A DNA stretch of 64,000 nt from an uncultured bacterium (GCA_964457585.1 CAYWFU010000006.1:8846-72845), one strand, 5' to 3'; shown: positions 52,446 through 61,961, counted from the first letter of the stretch. A program made the numbers and translations. Notes: generated from the sequence alone by a model not told the origin.

Positions 52446-53315
52446 ATGGAATATTCTTATTATCCAGGTTGTTCTCTTAAAGGTACAGCGCAAGATTATG
52501 AAGTATCAATTCAAAGAGTAGCTCTTAAGCTTAATATTAATCTTATCGAATTGCCTGATTGGGTATGCTGCGGCGCAAGCCCGACACATATTGCTAATGA
52601 GAAGTTAAATCTGGCAATTCCTGCCATTGATATTAAAGAAGCTTGCAAATATGAAAAAGATTTAGTAACTGTATGCACTGCCTGTTTTAATCGTCTAAAA
52701 ACTGCACATTATATTTTATTAAATAATCAAGTAAAGAAAAAAGAAATTGAATCTTTAATTGAAGGAAATATTTCTGACAAAATAAAAATTCGTCATTTTA
52801 TTCAAGTTTTAATGGAAGATATTAAACTTGAGCAATGGCAAACTTATATAAAAAAGTCATTAAGCGGATTGAAAGTTGCATGCTATTACGGATGTTTGCT
52901 TACAAGACCTGAATATATGATGGAAAATGAAAAAAGTGAAAATCCTGAAATAATGGATAATTTAATGAAAATTTTGGGTGCGGAACCAATTTCCTGGTAT
53001 TACAAAACAGAATGCTGCGGAACAAGCTTTGCGATATCTAAAACTGAAGTTGTTGTAAATCTATCTAATAGAATACTTGATGCAGCAAGTAATCATAAAG
53101 CAGATTGTATAGTTGTTGCATGTCCTTTATGTCATGCTAATCTTGATTTGCGTCAGATAGAAATAGATAAACATTATAATAAAAAGTATAACCTGCCTAT
53201 TTTTTATTTTTCAGAATTAGTTGCACTTGCGCTGGGGGAAGATTATAAAAATTTGGCTCTTGATAAACACATAATTGACCCCTTTTCGCTGCTGGAATCT
53301 AAAAAAATAATTTAA
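52446..53315 (+). CDS. hdrB: Heterodisulfide reductase subunit B
   Basis: YYPGC, CCGA, YYGCLL, CCG, CPLCHANLD (two CCG domains). Confidence 0.92.
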   Translation: MEYSYYPGCSLKGTAQDYEVSIQRVALKLNINLIELPDWVCCGASPTHIANEKLNLAIPAIDIKEACKYEKDLVTVCTACFNRLKTAHYILLNNQVKKKEIESLIEGNISDKIKIRHFIQVLMEDIKLEQWQTYIKKSLSGLKVACYYGCLLTRPEYMMENEKSENPEIMDNLMKILGAEPISWYYKTECCGTSFAISKTEVVVNLSNRILDAASNHKADCIVVACPLCHANLDLRQIEIDKHYNKKYNLPIFYFSELVALALGEDYKNLALDKHIIDPFSLLESKKII

Positions 53316-53333
53316 CTTGACATAGGAGTAAGC

Positions 53334-55298
53334 ATGAGAATTGGTGTATTTGTATGTCATTGTGGAACAAATATCTCAAAAGTAGTAAATATAAAAGAAG
53401 TAGTGGAAAATATGTCTACTTATCCTGGTATAGTTATTGCCAGTGATTTTAAGTATATGTGCTCAGAAGCAGGGCAAAAGCTTATTAAGGAAATGATTAA
53501 AAAATACAATTTGACCCGAATTGTTGTTGCTTCATGCACACCTAAACTGCATGAAATTACATTTAGACGCTGTTTGGATGAAGCTGGATTGAATCCCTTT
53601 ATGCTTGAAATAGCAAATATACGAGAGCAATGTTCATGGGTACATGCGGATAATCCTGTATTAGCCACACAAAAAGCAATAGATATTATAAGGATAGCTG
53701 TAGCTAAAATCCGTTTTGCCCAGCCCCTTACATCATCTAAAGTTACTATAGAACGAAAAGCACTGGTAGTCGGAGGCGGAATAGCAGGGATACAATCTGC
53801 AATAGATATAGCTCAAGCAGGTTATCCTGTGGTATTGGTAGAACAAAGTCCGTCTATAGGCGGTAGAATGGCGCAATTGGATAAAACTTTTCCAACTCTG
53901 GACTGCTCTGCGTGTATTCTTACTCCAAAAATGGTAGAAGTTAGCCGTCATCCATCCATTAGAATTTTAACATATGCTAAAGTTGAGGAAGTAAAAGGGT
54001 ATGTTGGTAATTTTGAGGTTACTATCCGAATAAAAGCGCGTTCAGTTGATATGAAAAAATGTACAGGATGCGGTATATGTCAGACTAAATGTCCGGTTAA
54101 GGTAACAAGTGAATTTAATGAAGGCATATCCAAAAGAGCAGCAATATATGTCCCTTTCCCTCAAGCTTCGCCAAATGTCCCTGTGATTGATAGAGAAAAA
54201 TGCAAGTTTTTTTTGGATGGTAAATGCGGTTTATGTAAAAAAATATGTCCTTCAGAAGCAGTTAATTATGAAGAGCAGGATACAATTATTAAAGAAAAAT
54301 TTGGAAGTATTATTATGGCTACAGGATTTGATTTATTTGATCACAGCGTTTATGGAGAATATGGTTATGGAAAAATAAAAAACGTAATTAACTCTATTCA
54401 ATTTGAAAGAATGGTAAATTCATCCGGTCCAACAGATGGACTAATAGTTAAACCTTCGGATGGCAAAGAAGTAAGGAAAGTTGTATTTATTCAATGTGTA
54501 GGCTCACGTGATGACAAAGTCGGAAAGCCGTATTGCTCAAAGATTTGCTGTATGTATACAGCAAAACAGGCGTTACTTTTAAAAGAACATATTCCACAGG
54601 CTGAAGCATATGTATTTTATATTGATATAAGAGCTGGCGGAAAAAATTATGAAGAATTTATCAAGCGGGTACAGGAAAATTATAGAGTAAAGTATATACG
54701 CGGAAGAGTATCAAAAGTTTTGGAAAATAATGATAAATTAATAGTTAGGGGATTTGACACTCTCTCCGGTATTTCAATGGAAGTTGAGGCTGATTTAGTG
54801 GTTTTAGCTGTTGGAGTTGTCCCGCGCAAGGATTCAGACGAAGTTGCTCGTATTTTTAATGTTTCCCGTGATTCCAATAAATTCTTGGCAGAACTGCATC
54901 CAAAGCTGGCTCCAGTTGAAAAGAATACAACAGGGATATTTTTAAGCGGCAGTTGTCAGTTCCCCCGCGATATACCTGATTCTGTTGCAATGGCTGGAAG
55001 TGCGGCAGTGAAATCCTTGTCAATTTTTGCTAAAGAATTTTTGACATCAGACCCGATGATAGCTCTTGTTAATCCATCAATATGCACAGGCTGCATGAAC
55101 TGCAAAACTATATGTCCATATAAAGCTATTCTGGTTGATGAAATTAAAGACCTGGATGGGAAAATAAGAAAAATAGCAAAAGTAAACGAAACAGTCTGCA
55201 GAGGCTGCGGTACCTGCGCTGCAACATGTCCTTCTCAATGTATTAATCTCAGGGGATTCACCAATGAACAGATTTTCGCATCAATAGAAGCGTTGTAA
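53334..55298 (+). CDS. hdrA: Heterodisulfide reductase subunit A
   Basis: RIGVFVCHCG, NIREQCSWVH, GGGIAG, LDKTFPTLDCSAC, CCMY, ferredoxin motifs. Confidence 0.95.
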   Translation: MRIGVFVCHCGTNISKVVNIKEVVENMSTYPGIVIASDFKYMCSEAGQKLIKEMIKKYNLTRIVVASCTPKLHEITFRRCLDEAGLNPFMLEIANIREQCSWVHADNPVLATQKAIDIIRIAVAKIRFAQPLTSSKVTIERKALVVGGGIAGIQSAIDIAQAGYPVVLVEQSPSIGGRMAQLDKTFPTLDCSACILTPKMVEVSRHPSIRILTYAKVEEVKGYVGNFEVTIRIKARSVDMKKCTGCGICQTKCPVKVTSEFNEGISKRAAIYVPFPQASPNVPVIDREKCKFFLDGKCGLCKKICPSEAVNYEEQDTIIKEKFGSIIMATGFDLFDHSVYGEYGYGKIKNVINSIQFERMVNSSGPTDGLIVKPSDGKEVRKVVFIQCVGSRDDKVGKPYCSKICCMYTAKQALLLKEHIPQAEAYVFYIDIRAGGKNYEEFIKRVQENYRVKYIRGRVSKVLENNDKLIVRGFDTLSGISMEVEADLVVLAVGVVPRKDSDEVARIFNVSRDSNKFLAELHPKLAPVEKNTTGIFLSGSCQFPRDIPDSVAMAGSAAVKSLSIFAKEFLTSDPMIALVNPSICTGCMNCKTICPYKAILVDEIKDLDGKIRKIAKVNETVCRGCGTCAATCPSQCINLRGFTNEQIFASIEAL

Positions 55299-55324
55299 TA
55301 ATTCATTTTAAAACACATATAATT

Positions 55325-55612
55325 TTGAAAGCGGTTCTCGATGATAAAATTATCGGGACTGTGCGTGCTTATGAAAAAAATGGTGTATGTCATATTGGGA
55401 GACTGGCTGTACATCCAGATTTTCAAAATCAGGGGATAGGGGTTACACTTATGAAAGAAATTGAGAAATATTTTAGGCCAAAAAATTTTGAACTTTTTGC
55501 TGGAACGAAAAGCAGGAAAAATATCTATTTATATCAAAAACTTGGATATAAGATATGCGAAACCTGCAAATATGAATGCGGAGATATTGAAATTTTTTAT
55601 ATGAGAAAATAG
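55325..55612 (+). pseudogene. 5'-truncated GNAT acetyltransferase
   Basis: IGRLAVHPDFQNQGIG acetyl-CoA motif; only ~95 aa, no clear RBS or ATG, N-terminal strands appear absent. Confidence 0.6.
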
Positions 55613-55650
55613 AAATATTTATAAAAAAAAAATTTGTTATAATTAGCGAA

Positions 55651-55752
55651 GTTTTATAGCCAGAATTTACAACACCTACTTTATATAAATATATATTGCA
55701 CTATTTCAATAGATGGTTTCAATCCTTGTTTTAATGGATTTTACAAACCTAC
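55651..55752 (-). CRISPR. Minimal CRISPR array: one intact 37-bp repeat, one 36-bp spacer, one degenerate repeat
   Basis: gtttcaatccttgttttaatggattttacaaacctac (55716-55752; ends ATTGAAAC on the minus strand); the preceding degenerate unit ends ...tttacaacacctac at 55679. Confidence 0.7.
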
Positions 55753-55960
55753 TGCAAATTGTTGTTTTCTCCTTATTTTTCTAGTAAATAAACTAATTTT
55801 AGTAATACTAATTTTATTGATTTTCATATGTTTTTGGTCATTATTTTAATGGCTTTTAAATTAACTTTACATCCTAAAACAACTAAAAAATCTTTATTTA
55901 TTAATAAGTTACAGCGATAGAGTTTTTTTAAGCAAATATTTTTTCCAGATTAGTCTCTTT
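55753..55960 (-). promoter_or_regulatory. Putative CRISPR leader
   Basis: AT-rich non-coding tract between cas4 and the intact repeat. Confidence 0.5.
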
Positions 55961-55962
55961 AA

Positions 55963-56146
55963 TATACTCAAACTAATCAGGTTTGCGAATTTAGAATGCT
56001 CATATGTGCTTCAGATTGGAACGATCTGATTGAGCAAAACCGCAGGCGTAGTTTTAACTACGTTGAGGATTTTGCGAATGAAAATCGTTTCAAGATGGAG
56101 TACAGAGGGGCGTTATAAATTCGCAAACCTGATTAGTTTGAGTATA
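55963..56146. mobile_element. Palindromic MITE-like element, 31-bp IR including TA flanks
   Basis: tatactcaaactaatcaggtttgcgaattta / taaattcgcaaacctgattagtttgagtata; internal cgtagttttaactacg hairpin. Confidence 0.8.
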
Positions 56147-56149
56147 CAT

Positions 56150-56722
56150 TCACACGCAAATGTTTCTATAGCAACAATCAATACATTTATTTTGATATTT
56201 TGTTTTTTTAGGATAGAAACCCTTAAGTATCACATCAAAAATTTCTTTTACTATATCTTTAGTATAACAAAAATCCTCATCATTGTATATAATTTCTTTT
56301 AATTTATTGCCGGTTTTAGTATAACATATAAAACCTTTTTTTACAGGTTTATTATAATTTTCTTCAATTAATAATGCATATAATACAGACTGAATTTTGT
56401 ATGTTTCATAAGTGAATTCATTATATTCAGTATATTTATAATCCAGAGGTGCAAGTGTTCCGTCATCTAAATACAAAACTTCATCAATTACTCCTCTTAC
56501 ACCTAATTTTTTAGATGCAATATAAACGGAAATTTCCTTATTAACACATCCTATTTTTTTTCGTAAATAGTCTTGATTTTCGGTTTCTCGTCTTTCATGC
56601 AAAGACCTGCCTTTTAAAACTTTGTATCTTAATTCCTCATGTTGCGGGATATTCAAGCAATTCATAAAGTATGTAAAACGCGGACAGAAAAGATGCTCAA
56701 TAACTTCTGATGGTGTTATCAT
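56150..56722 (-). CDS. cas4: CRISPR-associated exonuclease Cas4
   Basis: MITPSEVIEHLFCPRF, GVIDEV, PLDYK, Q...YALL, CIDCCY..IC; ATG at 56722 preferred. Confidence 0.92.
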   Translation of the reverse strand: MITPSEVIEHLFCPRFTYFMNCLNIPQHEELRYKVLKGRSLHERRETENQDYLRKKIGCVNKEISVYIASKKLGVRGVIDEVLYLDDGTLAPLDYKYTEYNEFTYETYKIQSVLYALLIEENYNKPVKKGFICYTKTGNKLKEIIYNDEDFCYTKDIVKEIFDVILKGFYPKKTKYQNKCIDCCYRNICV

Positions 56723-56799
56723 TGGAGTTGATTCAGTGTCAAATTTAGTGTAAGTGTAAGTGCAGGTGGAAGTATTGATTGAACTATTATTAATTTTGT

Positions 56800-56967
56800 T
56801 CACCTCTTTCTATCTAAAGAATTAGCTAATCCCATTAGCATACGGCTAATTTCTAAAATTTCCTTTTCAATTTCTTCATATATTTCAGATGAAATATATT
56901 TCAAATCTTTGGATAACATAAGCTGATATTTAAGCTCTGAAATGGAACCTCTTGCTATCCCCAACAA
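56800..56967 (-). pseudogene. C-terminal half of a four-helix-bundle (23S rRNA IVS / TIGR02436-like) protein
   Basis: LLGIARGSISELKYQLMLSKDLKYISSEIYEEIEKEILEISRMLMGLANSLDRKR*; flanked by inverted hexamer runs at 56747-56774 and 56968-56999. Confidence 0.75.
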
Positions 56968-57974
56968 ACTACACTTTCACTAACACTTTCACTTACACTG
57001 CTTTTAATCATCTCATTCGCAATTCTATGACAATCAAATTGAATAATATTATCGCGTTTGATATTCCTGCCATTATATCTAATAGACTCATCCATAAAAG
57101 CTGTAAATTCAGTTATTAACCCTGCTTTGCCATTTTTATTTAAAGTCAGTCCATTTGGTATGTTATCGAAATATTCAACCTTAACTTTTCTTCCGGCAAA
57201 CATATTTACTACAATTTCATCTGCCCAGATACGATAATTTTCAATTAAGTCGAATACTAATGATTTTTTGTTATAATGGTCAGTATGAATAAAACCGACA
57301 TAAGGATCAAGACCGGCTATAATACATCCCTTTTCAACTTTTGAATAAAGTATTCCATAAGCATAATTTAATAAACAGTTGAATTCATCCTTTGCTGGAT
57401 TTCTGCTTCTACCATTAAATTTAAATCTATCCGGCATAAGAAAACTCAGTGCATCAAAATAAATTCTACCGCAGCTACCTTCTATTCCCATAATAGATGC
57501 TCTATTTTCTTCAAGTGTGCCGGACAAAGACTGAAGTCCGAGAGCAGCATTTTCTAATTTATTAATATATTCAGTAATTTCCGCAGATTTTTGAGGACGT
57601 GTTTCTCTTAAGCGTTTTATTAAATCAATTTGATTGTTGAGTTTAGTTTTTATCCATTCCAGCGCAAGCTTAAATCCTTCTTCTATTTCACCTATTTCTA
57701 ATTGTTTACGACGTATAGCTGTTGTGCTGCCAAGCTTTGGATGCCAGACTCTGCCATAAGGATCGCCAAATTCATCAATGAACACAATGTCAATATTATT
57801 TTCCATTGCCATTTTAATTGCATCTGTGGTGATGTATGCGGCAGTTGATATGAGGATTGATGATATTTTTTTGCAGGAGATTTCAGAAATTTTATCATCT
57901 ACTTTTATTTTAAAACAATCGCCGTTTTTCTGTAAATATGAGCCATAAGAATTAATTACGAGTTGCATGGTCAA
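56955..57974 (-). CDS. cas1: CRISPR-associated endonuclease Cas1
   Basis: GIEG..GRIYF, R.R.PAKDEFN.LLNYAYGILY, GLDPYVGFIH, SLVFDLIE.YR. Confidence 0.95.
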   Translation of the reverse strand: MTMQLVINSYGSYLQKNGDCFKIKVDDKISEISCKKISSILISTAAYITTDAIKMAMENNIDIVFIDEFGDPYGRVWHPKLGSTTAIRRKQLEIGEIEEGFKLALEWIKTKLNNQIDLIKRLRETRPQKSAEITEYINKLENAALGLQSLSGTLEENRASIMGIEGSCGRIYFDALSFLMPDRFKFNGRSRNPAKDEFNCLLNYAYGILYSKVEKGCIIAGLDPYVGFIHTDHYNKKSLVFDLIENYRIWADEIVVNMFAGRKVKVEYFDNIPNGLTLNKNGKAGLITEFTAFMDESIRYNGRNIKRDNIIQFDCHRIANEMIKSSVSESVSESVVCWG

Positions 57975-58007
57975 TCCTTATTAAAGATTTTGGAGTTCCA
58001 ATGCTTT

Positions 58008-59291
58008 TTATAAATTCAACAACCATTTCCACAGCGGGATAAATTCTATACTGAATTCTTTTTTCTCTGTGTCTTTTGTTATCAAAATCAACCTTTTTGC
58101 CTGAGGAAAATGTTGTTGGAATTCCAGAAGAGACTTAATCTCCCTATCATCAATATCGTTTGTAAAAGATACATTTATTGCCCACAAACCATCATTGTCT
58201 CTTATCACAAAATCAACTTCTCCTTTGTTTTTCCAATAATAAATTTCATTACACTGTTTTATCAATGTATTTCCTACCAAATTTTCGGTTAATTTTCCCC
58301 TGTCTTCCGAGAATTTGAAAGCTACAGCGTTTCTTAAGCCATTATCAATACAAATAATTTTTCGTGGATTAACTGTCTGGGTTTTTAATGAATAAGAAAA
58401 TTGCGGATTGAAATTTATATATTCCGTTTCCTGAATAAAAGAAAGATACTCTCCAATTGTATCCCTTGAAACCGGAAAATTTTGTTTTACAATATTATAA
58501 TAAGAGTTAACCGAGAATAAAGAAGTTACATTTGTTAAAATATATTTTAGAAGGCTAAACAAAACTTCTGTATTCCTCAAAGAAAATCTATCACTCAAAT
58601 CTCGATATACAAGAGAATCAAAATATTCACTCAATATTTTTTTCTTTAAAACATCATTTTTTTCTAAAATAACTTCAGGAAATCCCCCAAATTGAATATA
58701 TTCATCCAACATTTTTTTGATTTTAAATCTTTCAGGAGAATATTCAATATTTTTCACCAGAGCAATCCCATTAAATTTTAAAAATTCTCCGAAATTTAAA
58801 GGATATATCCCAAAACTTAAAGTTCTGCCCCGTAAGGAAGTGGCAATTTCCTTGCTTAAAAGCTTTGAAGAAGAACCTGTAATAAATATTTTTATTTTTT
58901 CTTTATCATATATTCTTCTTATAAATATTTCCCAATCTTTGATGTTTTGTATTTCATCAAAAAAAACAAATATTTCTTTACTTTTATTTTCCGGATAAAG
59001 CTCAAAATAAGCGTCCCGTATTAATCCCAATTCTTTAAAATTAATAGGAAGGATTCTATCATCTTCGAAATTCAGGTATAAAATTCTATTTTTTGAAACA
59101 CCTTTATTTATTAAATCATTTATTAAATCATAAAAATAAAATGTTTTCCCGCTTCTGCGCGGGCCATAGATAGTAATAATTTTATTTGTGGATAAAGGAA
59201 TTTTCATATCTCTCTTGAATGTCTCAGGAAAGACGGATGTATGAAATTCATTTATCAAATATTTAAAATCTTCCTTTTTACTCAAAATCAA
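58008..59291 (-). CDS. AAA+ ATPase (AAA_14/DUF4143-type)
   Basis: GPRRSGKT, FFDEIQN, ITGSSS, GGFPEV, EVDF. Confidence 0.88.
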   Translation of the reverse strand: MILSKKEDFKYLINEFHTSVFPETFKRDMKIPLSTNKIITIYGPRRSGKTFYFYDLINDLINKGVSKNRILYLNFEDDRILPINFKELGLIRDAYFELYPENKSKEIFVFFDEIQNIKDWEIFIRRIYDKEKIKIFITGSSSKLLSKEIATSLRGRTLSFGIYPLNFGEFLKFNGIALVKNIEYSPERFKIKKMLDEYIQFGGFPEVILEKNDVLKKKILSEYFDSLVYRDLSDRFSLRNTEVLFSLLKYILTNVTSLFSVNSYYNIVKQNFPVSRDTIGEYLSFIQETEYINFNPQFSYSLKTQTVNPRKIICIDNGLRNAVAFKFSEDRGKLTENLVGNTLIKQCNEIYYWKNKGEVDFVIRDNDGLWAINVSFTNDIDDREIKSLLEFQQHFPQAKRLILITKDTEKKEFSIEFIPLWKWLLNL

Positions 59292-59446
59292 TCTCCTTTA
59301 TTGCCCTTTATGTATTTTATATATGTCTTATATATAAGTCAACTATTATTTAATAATTGTATTATATATAAGGCAATAATTTATTACATTTTTTCGAATA
59401 GAACTACACTCTGTTTTTAACGGGAACACGGATCACGTTTTCTTAA

Positions 59447-59848
59447 TTATATCCATTCTATCTCAATTAAATTTTTAACTAATTTAAATTCAGGATCACC
59501 TGTAATAACTATAGCATTTTCACGAATAGCTGTAGCAACAGCAAAACAATCAGCATAAGAAATAGGATGATTTGCTTTAATCCTGGAAGCATCTATAATT
59601 TGGTTAAATGAATTAGATATAATTTCTATAGGAAGATTGGGAAGAATCGTTTCAATAAAATATTCAGCCTGCCCAATTCCTCTTTCTCTAGCAATAATAT
59701 AATAAATTTCCCCTACATTAATTTCGTTAATTATAATAGAACAATCTACAGGTGCTGAAGCTAAAATTTCCATTACCTTTTGATAATTATCTTCTTTTTT
59801 TAGATACGTTAGAAGTGCAAATGAGTCGAGTAATATTTTTCTCTTCAA
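59447..59848 (-). CDS. VapC PIN-domain toxin
   Basis: LDSFALL, INVGEIYY, SYADCFA, TGDPEF. Confidence 0.88.
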   Translation of the reverse strand: MKRKILLDSFALLTYLKKEDNYQKVMEILASAPVDCSIIINEINVGEIYYIIARERGIGQAEYFIETILPNLPIEIISNSFNQIIDASRIKANHPISYADCFAVATAIRENAIVITGDPEFKLVKNLIEIEWI

Positions 59849-60074
59849 GCTCTGTTTCCTCCTTTCGTTCTTTCAGAAGTGCTTTTGTAAGAGACGAACC
59901 ATTTTTAAAAATACCACAAAATGATTCAACAGGGTTTTGAGGTAACGGAATAATTTCTGCATGATCTTTAACAACCTTCAAAAATACTTTATGTTTTGGC
60001 TTTATACCAAGGGCATCACGTATCTTTTTAGGCATAACAATTTGTCCTTTAGATGACACAGTTACCGTAGACAT
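59787..60074 (-). CDS. AbrB/MazE-fold antitoxin
   Basis: VTVSSKGQIVMPKKIRDALG. Confidence 0.88.
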   Translation of the reverse strand: MSTVTVSSKGQIVMPKKIRDALGIKPKHKVFLKVVKDHAEIIPLPQNPVESFCGIFKNGSSLTKALLKERKEETELEEKNITRLICTSNVSKKRR

Positions 60075-60221
60075 AGTTTTACCTCCATAAAATGGTTTTA
60101 CTTTTATTATTAAGTATAACGTATTTAGTATGGCTTGGCAACATAATTATAAATATACGAATTACCAAACAAGTTGTAACTAATAGTAGCTTTGTTAAGT
60201 AACATCAAAAATTAAATATTT

Positions 60222-60890
60222 TTAAAGACACCTATCAAACTTTATCGTTCCAAACCCACGCGATACTGATTTGCCAATGCCCCAATAATCCGGGATTTCG
60301 AAGTTAACGGAGAATGTGCCGAGAAAGCCGAGCATGGGTGTGCCTTTTAAATACACTTGTATTTCTTCTAAAGCTAACGAGTTTATGATTATTTCCTTTT
60401 CTACGATATATCCTAAACTTTTTGAAATACTTAATAAATTACCCACCAAGATATTTGCTAAAAATATATCTTTATTATTTCTATTTTTAATTTTATTATA
60501 TTCACTATAATTTTTTTCATTAAGTGCAAGCCATGGTTTTTCAAAATGATATTTAATGATACAATCTGCAATTCCAAAATTTACTTCTTCACTTATTAAT
60601 TGCTTTTGAATAATATTATATTTTTTTTCTTTTATTTCAAAAATCTTAAGAACAGGTTCAATTGTACGAATTATAGAAGTTCCTTCTTCTATACCTATAA
60701 TTAATCCTTCTCCTTTTATAGTCCTATATTGAATTCTTGGATAAAGGTATAAAAGATTCCCATCTTTTTTGTGGTTATGAAGTATATCATATTGAGGAAA
60801 TTGGCTGGCAATATTTCCTCTAAGCGTATTTCCATGACAGGATAATGTCGGATCTGTTTTTGTTTTTAAAATTGTTTGCTGGATGATCAT
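60222..60890 (-). CDS. cas6: CRISPR-associated endoribonuclease Cas6
   Basis: LHNH...LYLYPRIQY, PWLALN..NY, ILVGNLLS, C-terminal GIGKSVSRGFG loop. Confidence 0.9.
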   Translation of the reverse strand: MIIQQTILKTKTDPTLSCHGNTLRGNIASQFPQYDILHNHKKDGNLLYLYPRIQYRTIKGEGLIIGIEEGTSIIRTIEPVLKIFEIKEKKYNIIQKQLISEEVNFGIADCIIKYHFEKPWLALNEKNYSEYNKIKNRNNKDIFLANILVGNLLSISKSLGYIVEKEIIINSLALEEIQVYLKGTPMLGFLGTFSVNFEIPDYWGIGKSVSRGFGTIKFDRCL

Positions 60891-61456
60891 TGAATTATCA
60901 CCTTAAGAATTTCTTCCCCTTTTAAGACTTGTGCTTTCGCAATATTATTTACAAAATCAGGATATGTTTTTATAAATTGTAAAAAACCTGTTTTTGAATA
61001 TACGCTTAAATCTAATTTTTTCATTGAGTATTTAGTTAATATTTCTCCCCTGCTTATTTTATCTCGTGTTACTGCTAATAAATCAACATCACTTAATTTA
61101 TCATTTGTCCCTTTTGCTGAAGAACCATAGTAAATCAGGATTAAAACAGAATTGTCATTCTTTAAATTAGTTATGATTTCTTGAATTGATAATATATTTT
61201 CTTTTTTATTTTCAGCAAAAAGATTTTCAATATCGCTACATGTTTTGAAAAATAATTCTGATAACATTGTTTGTTGAATATAGTAAAAATTAGGTTTACC
61301 TGTTTTTTTTCGTAACAAATTAACAGAAATTAATTTACCTAAAATTTTTATTACAGTCTTTTTAGAAATTTCGGTAGAATCAATGAGATTTTTAATCGTT
61401 ACTTCTTTACTTTTTTTAAAAAAGTTACTTCCAATTTTGATGATAGATGATTGCAA
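60887..61456 (-). CDS. wHTH plus minimal nucleotidyltransferase (MNT) domain protein
   Basis: N-terminal HTH-like segment; YGSSAKG....SDVDLL Pol-beta motif. Confidence 0.8.
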   Translation of the reverse strand: MQSSIIKIGSNFFKKSKEVTIKNLIDSTEISKKTVIKILGKLISVNLLRKKTGKPNFYYIQQTMLSELFFKTCSDIENLFAENKKENILSIQEIITNLKNDNSVLILIYYGSSAKGTNDKLSDVDLLAVTRDKISRGEILTKYSMKKLDLSVYSKTGFLQFIKTYPDFVNNIAKAQVLKGEEILKVIIQ

Positions 61457-61505
61457 TAAAAGATTTTTAATTTCTGTATTATTTTTTGATATAAAAAGTA
61501 ATTTT

Positions 61506-61961
61506 TCATTGGTTAGAAAGCTTATATTCTTCGCTATTTTTTTCTATAAAACAACTTTTTTCAAGATATAATAAGTTAAGATTAATGCAATCTTTGGAAT
61601 AATTTTCCAGTTCCATTACGATTTTTTCTTTACACATTGGTTGATTATAAAGAATATTTAAAATTTGGAAAAAAACTAAAGTTTTGTCCAGAGGTTCTTC
61701 TCCCTTCAATTTTTTCCCAATACATTTTTTAAATTCATCAACTATTTCATTGTTAACATTTATTTGTGATTCATTTAATTCAGATCTTTCAATTATCTTT
61801 TGAAATCTATGACCATAAATTTCATGCTCATCTGAATCAGTATCACAATATAATATTTGATGAACTTTTTCTTGTATTCTCTGACTCTCTGCTTTTGGGA
61901 TCTCTTTTGATCTTTTCCTCACAAGTCTCAATAGCCCTTTCAATTTTTTCAATAAATCCAA
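61506..61961 (-). CDS. Hypothetical protein with a C-terminal winged-helix-like segment
   Basis: ILNILYNQPMCKEKIVMEL....LLYLEKSCFIE; start uncertain, overlaps the upstream ORF. Confidence 0.5.
   Translation of the reverse strand: MDLLKKLKGLLRLVRKRSKEIPKAESQRIQEKVHQILYCDTDSDEHEIYGHRFQKIIERSELNESQINVNNEIVDEFKKCIGKKLKGEEPLDKTLVFFQILNILYNQPMCKEKIVMELENYSKDCINLNLLYLEKSCFIEKNSEEYKLSNQ

Noticed and set aside
53334-55298. Selenocysteine-containing HdrA
   Set aside because: The ORF is uninterrupted, with Cys codons at the relevant motif.
55680-55715. Self-targeting by the CRISPR spacer within the window
   Set aside because: No convincing match found by eye; the spacer is too AT-rich to judge without an alignment.
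56030-56302. 90-aa plus-strand ORF as a possible cas2
   Set aside because: Opposite strand to the cas genes, made of MITE sequence plus cas4 antisense, and has no Cas2 YDI-type motif.
56723-56803. N-terminal extension of Cas4 in the ORF track
   Set aside because: It translates hexamer repeats (STSTCTYTYT); the family-like start is MITPSEV at 56722.
56800-56967. Diversity-generating retroelement (Avd-like four-helix bundle)
   Set aside because: No reverse transcriptase and no TR/VR repeat pair seen in the window.
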